A stretch of 20,650 bases of DNA from the IMG/VR virus record IMGVR_UViG_3300021387_003972; one strand, written 5' to 3'. This document shows, piece by piece, positions 18,784 to 20,650 of the stretch. The stretch's first letter is position 1, and each line of letters begins with the position of its first letter. The notes under the pieces were generated by a model. The model was not told the origin of the DNA, did no database searches, and saw nothing but the letters and a program-made list of their open reading frames with translations. The translations under genes and the position numbers were made by a program. Source of the stretch: an uncultured virus (IMG/VR IMGVR_UViG_3300021387_003972) (Duplodnaviria; Heunggongvirae; Uroviricota; Caudoviricetes).

Positions 18784-19647
18784 TTATTGATTCCCTATTT
18801 CTTTAATTCTATCTATAGCGTCTATCTTTGCTTGTAATAGATAAGGTAATTTCTCTTCTTCACGTTTTACCCATGTATCTCTATCATCATAACGACTCTT
18901 TAAAGGTCTCTGTTTAACCTCCTCAATCTTATGTAAGTGACAATCAATTGCCTTTATTATCTCTTCTGGGGAATTCCGAAGTAATTCGTTTGCTTTTTGT
19001 TCATGTTCTCGACATTGGTCTTTGTATCGTTCTATATCATCTTGATAAAAAGCAATTCTGTGCTCATATTTTTTTGGAATGTCCTTAATATGTTCTTGAC
19101 ACCTGTCGATCACAAATTGTGAAGCACTTTTTTTTTCATCTAATTCTTTTTGCCTACTTAATGATTTTGTTTTCTCTTTAAGTTCTTCCAATCTTTTAAT
19201 ATAATCATTATGAATTTGAATTTCTCTTTCTTCATATTCAATATCAGCCTTTATTTGTCTTTTTATATCATTTATATGGTATCTTGCATCTCTTGGATAT
19301 AAATCTTGTTCCCAGTCTCTATTATATTTATCCATTATATAACTTATTATCTTTGGGCACTCTATGAGCTCATAGAACTCTTTGTCTCTCTCTTCCTTTT
19401 TTTCTTTCTCTTTTTCTTTTTTTGCAAGTTCTAATTCAACACGTTTTTGGTGTTCTTCTTTCTCTCGTCTCTCTTGCTCTTCAACCTCTTGATTATTACG
19501 TACAAAGCAAAACAGGTATAATGCCCAGCAAAAAAAGAGGCCAATAAGATTCTTATAATGGCTCGCTTGATTGCCTGGAAACATAAGGCCGAAGGCTGTT
19601 GCTAAAAGAATCCAATATGTATTTCTTCTGTTTTTCCAGCTTTTCAT
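18784..19647 (-). CDS. Hypothetical membrane-anchored coiled-coil protein, 287 aa
   Basis: Long ORF in very AT-rich DNA (hand-counted 60-mers at 19141 and 19261: 23% and 30% GC). Two N-terminal hydrophobic segments (YWILLATAFGLMF; LIGLFFCWALYLFCFV) followed by an E/K/R/Q-rich helical body. Stop is 16 nt before the SNF2 start. No family recognised. Confidence 0.78.
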   Translation of the reverse strand: MKSWKNRRNTYWILLATAFGLMFPGNQASHYKNLIGLFFCWALYLFCFVRNNQEVEEQERREKEEHQKRVELELAKKEKEKEKKEERDKEFYELIECPKIISYIMDKYNRDWEQDLYPRDARYHINDIKRQIKADIEYEEREIQIHNDYIKRLEELKEKTKSLSRQKELDEKKSASQFVIDRCQEHIKDIPKKYEHRIAFYQDDIERYKDQCREHEQKANELLRNSPEEIIKAIDCHLHKIEEVKQRPLKSRYDDRDTWVKREEEKLPYLLQAKIDAIDRIKEIGNQ

Positions 19648-19721
19648 AATCCGCTTCGCACCTTAAACATACTTTCAAATAATATCCATCTGTTCTTATA
19701 TTAAAGAGATCCGGATTGTGT

Positions 19722-20414
19722 TCATATAAACTCAATAAGGCCCTTATCTATACACAGCTGATAGTTGAGCTGCTTCCGGCCCACTTTTTCAAAATTCACA
19801 ATGATGAAGCCTTCTTTAATATCGATCACTGTACCTTCGCCAAAAGCCTTATGCCTGACTCTCCTGGCGCCTACCTTGCTCGCGCTTCTTTTGCTCTTTT
19901 TTACGCGAGTCTTATTATACTCAGCATCGGCGTTTTTCCCTCTGGCGCGATAATCGTCCATATCCTTAAATACAAAGATCGCCGGCTTCTTCACATCGTT
20001 CTCTGGTACTGGTCTGATCGGGAACATCCACACAAGGCGATCCTTGCCGTCTTCACCCGGCTGCGTCTCGGTATATGGTTTACCGACCATCTCAATTCTG
20101 CCGCAGTAGGTGTAACGCCCCTCATCCATAACCTCAAACAGATGAACGTCGACGTCGCTGCGCATACAATTCGCCAGTGTCTCATTCTGAGCCCAGTGAA
20201 TGTCCTGATCTCCGTTTTTCCCCATTCCGGTGTAATGGAGCACACCACCAATCCACTTATCATGGTACAGCCCCTTCGTGTAATCTGAGACAATGACGAG
20301 CGTGTTCGTCGTATGCGATCTGCGCATTCCACCCATGTTGCCGCACTTAAAAATGCTGACGAGCTCAGCATTACTTATTTCTTGGCCAATCTTCAAGCCT
20401 GGATTGAATGCCAT
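19722..20414 (-). CDS. SRA-like (modified-cytosine reader) domain fused to a C-terminal UvrD/PcrA-CTD-like Tudor domain, about 230 aa, no HNH domain
   Basis: FKCGNMGGMRRS...TLVIVSD...YHDKW...LHYTGMGKNGDQ...QNETL...VHLFEV...YTYCG resembles the SRA region of SRA-HNH type IV restriction enzymes. The C-terminus RVRHKAFGEGTVI...VNFEKVGRKQL resembles the UvrD/PcrA C-terminal domain. Start moved to the ATG at 20414 (MAFNPG) because AAGGGAG lies 10 nt upstream; the ORF track starts at 20465. Confidence 0.82.
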   Translation of the reverse strand: MAFNPGLKIGQEISNAELVSIFKCGNMGGMRRSHTTNTLVIVSDYTKGLYHDKWIGGVLHYTGMGKNGDQDIHWAQNETLANCMRSDVDVHLFEVMDEGRYTYCGRIEMVGKPYTETQPGEDGKDRLVWMFPIRPVPENDVKKPAIFVFKDMDDYRARGKNADAEYNKTRVKKSKRSASKVGARRVRHKAFGEGTVIDIKEGFIIVNFEKVGRKQLNYQLCIDKGLIEFI

Positions 20415-20424
20415 AACTGTGGTT

Positions 20425-20431
20425 CTCCCTT
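20425..20431 (-). promoter_or_regulatory. Shine-Dalgarno-like site (AAGGGAG) of the SRA-Tudor gene
   Basis: Minus strand reads CAAAAGGGAGAACCACAGTTATGGCA. Confidence 0.65.
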
Positions 20432-20468
20432 TTGTTTTATAATAAGCTTTCTGCCTGTCCTTCATTCA

Positions 20469-20650
20469 TTATGATATGGATTTTTCAATAGCCTCCACCA
20501 CTTTCACATCCGCCGGCAGCCAGTTCACCTGCCGTAGATCATTAAGCGGAAGCCATCTCGCCGCCTCGTGTTCAAGAAGTGTAAGCTTGCCGCTTTTCAC
20601 ACTGCACCAATAACAGGCCATGGAAAGATGAAATTCCGGATAATCATGCT
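20469..20650 (-). CDS. MutT/NUDIX-family (d)NTP pyrophosphohydrolase, C-terminal part only (5' end outside the window)
   Basis: Hand translation of 20648-20469: HDYPEFHLSMACYWCSVKSGKLTLLEHEAARWLPLNDLRQVNWLPADVKVVEAIEKSIS*. The Y-P-x-F-H-L, L-x-E-H-x-x-x-x-W and W-L-P-A-D pattern is typical of the C-terminal half of MutT/NudG-like proteins. The NUDIX box itself is outside the window. Confidence 0.82.
   Translation of the reverse strand, partial: HDYPEFHLSMACYWCSVKSGKLTLLEHEAARWLPLNDLRQVNWLPADVKVVEAIEKSIS

Noticed and set aside
19128..19136. A9 tract (coding strand) and several A7 runs in the membrane-protein gene as possible phase-variation sites
   Set aside because: Expected in a Lys/Glu-rich, AT-rich gene. 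The frame is intact and no read-level evidence is available.
19553..19735. 60-aa minus-strand ORF bridging the SRA-Tudor and membrane-protein genes
   Set aside because: Overlaps both neighbours (95 nt into the membrane gene), with no convincing RBS or motif. It has no HNH residues, so it is not a frameshifted nuclease tail of the SRA gene.
19716..20288. 190-aa plus-strand ORF
   Set aside because: Fully antisense to the SRA-Tudor gene, with no recognisable motifs. Treated as a shadow ORF.
20415..20465. 17-codon N-terminal extension of the SRA gene given by the ORF track
   Set aside because: The SD-like AAGGGAG lies inside this stretch and points to the ATG at 20414. The upstream ATG has no SD.
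20433..20468. Possible sigma-A promoter (TATTAT/TATAAA) upstream of the SRA gene, and AT-rich hexamers in 19648-19721
   Set aside because: No acceptable -35 box or extended -10 at the right spacing. Cannot be supported from sequence alone.
1..20650. CRISPR arrays, tRNA/rRNA/ncRNA genes, IS elements, rho-independent terminators
   Set aside because: The window is almost entirely coding, with intergenic gaps of at most 74 nt. I saw no spaced repeats, transposase or integrase motifs, or hairpin-plus-U-tract structures.

Overview
All credible genes in this 20.6-kb window lie on the minus strand and form one tightly packed, probably co-transcribed anti-phage defence cluster. The strong GGAGG Shine-Dalgarno sites are compatible with a Firmicute host (inference). 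In transcription order (right to left): (1) the 3' end of a MutT/NUDIX hydrolase; (2) an SRA-like modified-base reader fused to a UvrD/PcrA-type Tudor domain, with no HNH nuclease; (3) an AT-rich membrane-anchored coiled-coil orphan; (4) a SNF2 helicase; (5) a 1591-aa type IIG/Eco57I-like N6-adenine DNA methyltransferase; (6-7) a complete Gabija pair (OLD-family ABC-TOPRIM nuclease GajA and a short UvrD-like GajB); (8) a 2112-aa YprA/DUF1998 SF2 helicase with a C-terminal restriction-endonuclease-like region; (9) a RelE-like/UvrD helicase fusion that runs off the window start and is missing from the ORF track. The SNF2 + MTase + YprA + UvrD core resembles the DISARM-class-I-related ARMADA-type architecture (from recall, not checked). 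The most unusual points are Gabija nested inside that operon, the nuclease-less SRA-Tudor protein, and QxxLF sliding-clamp-like motifs in two core proteins. I found no RNA genes, CRISPR arrays, transposases or integrases.
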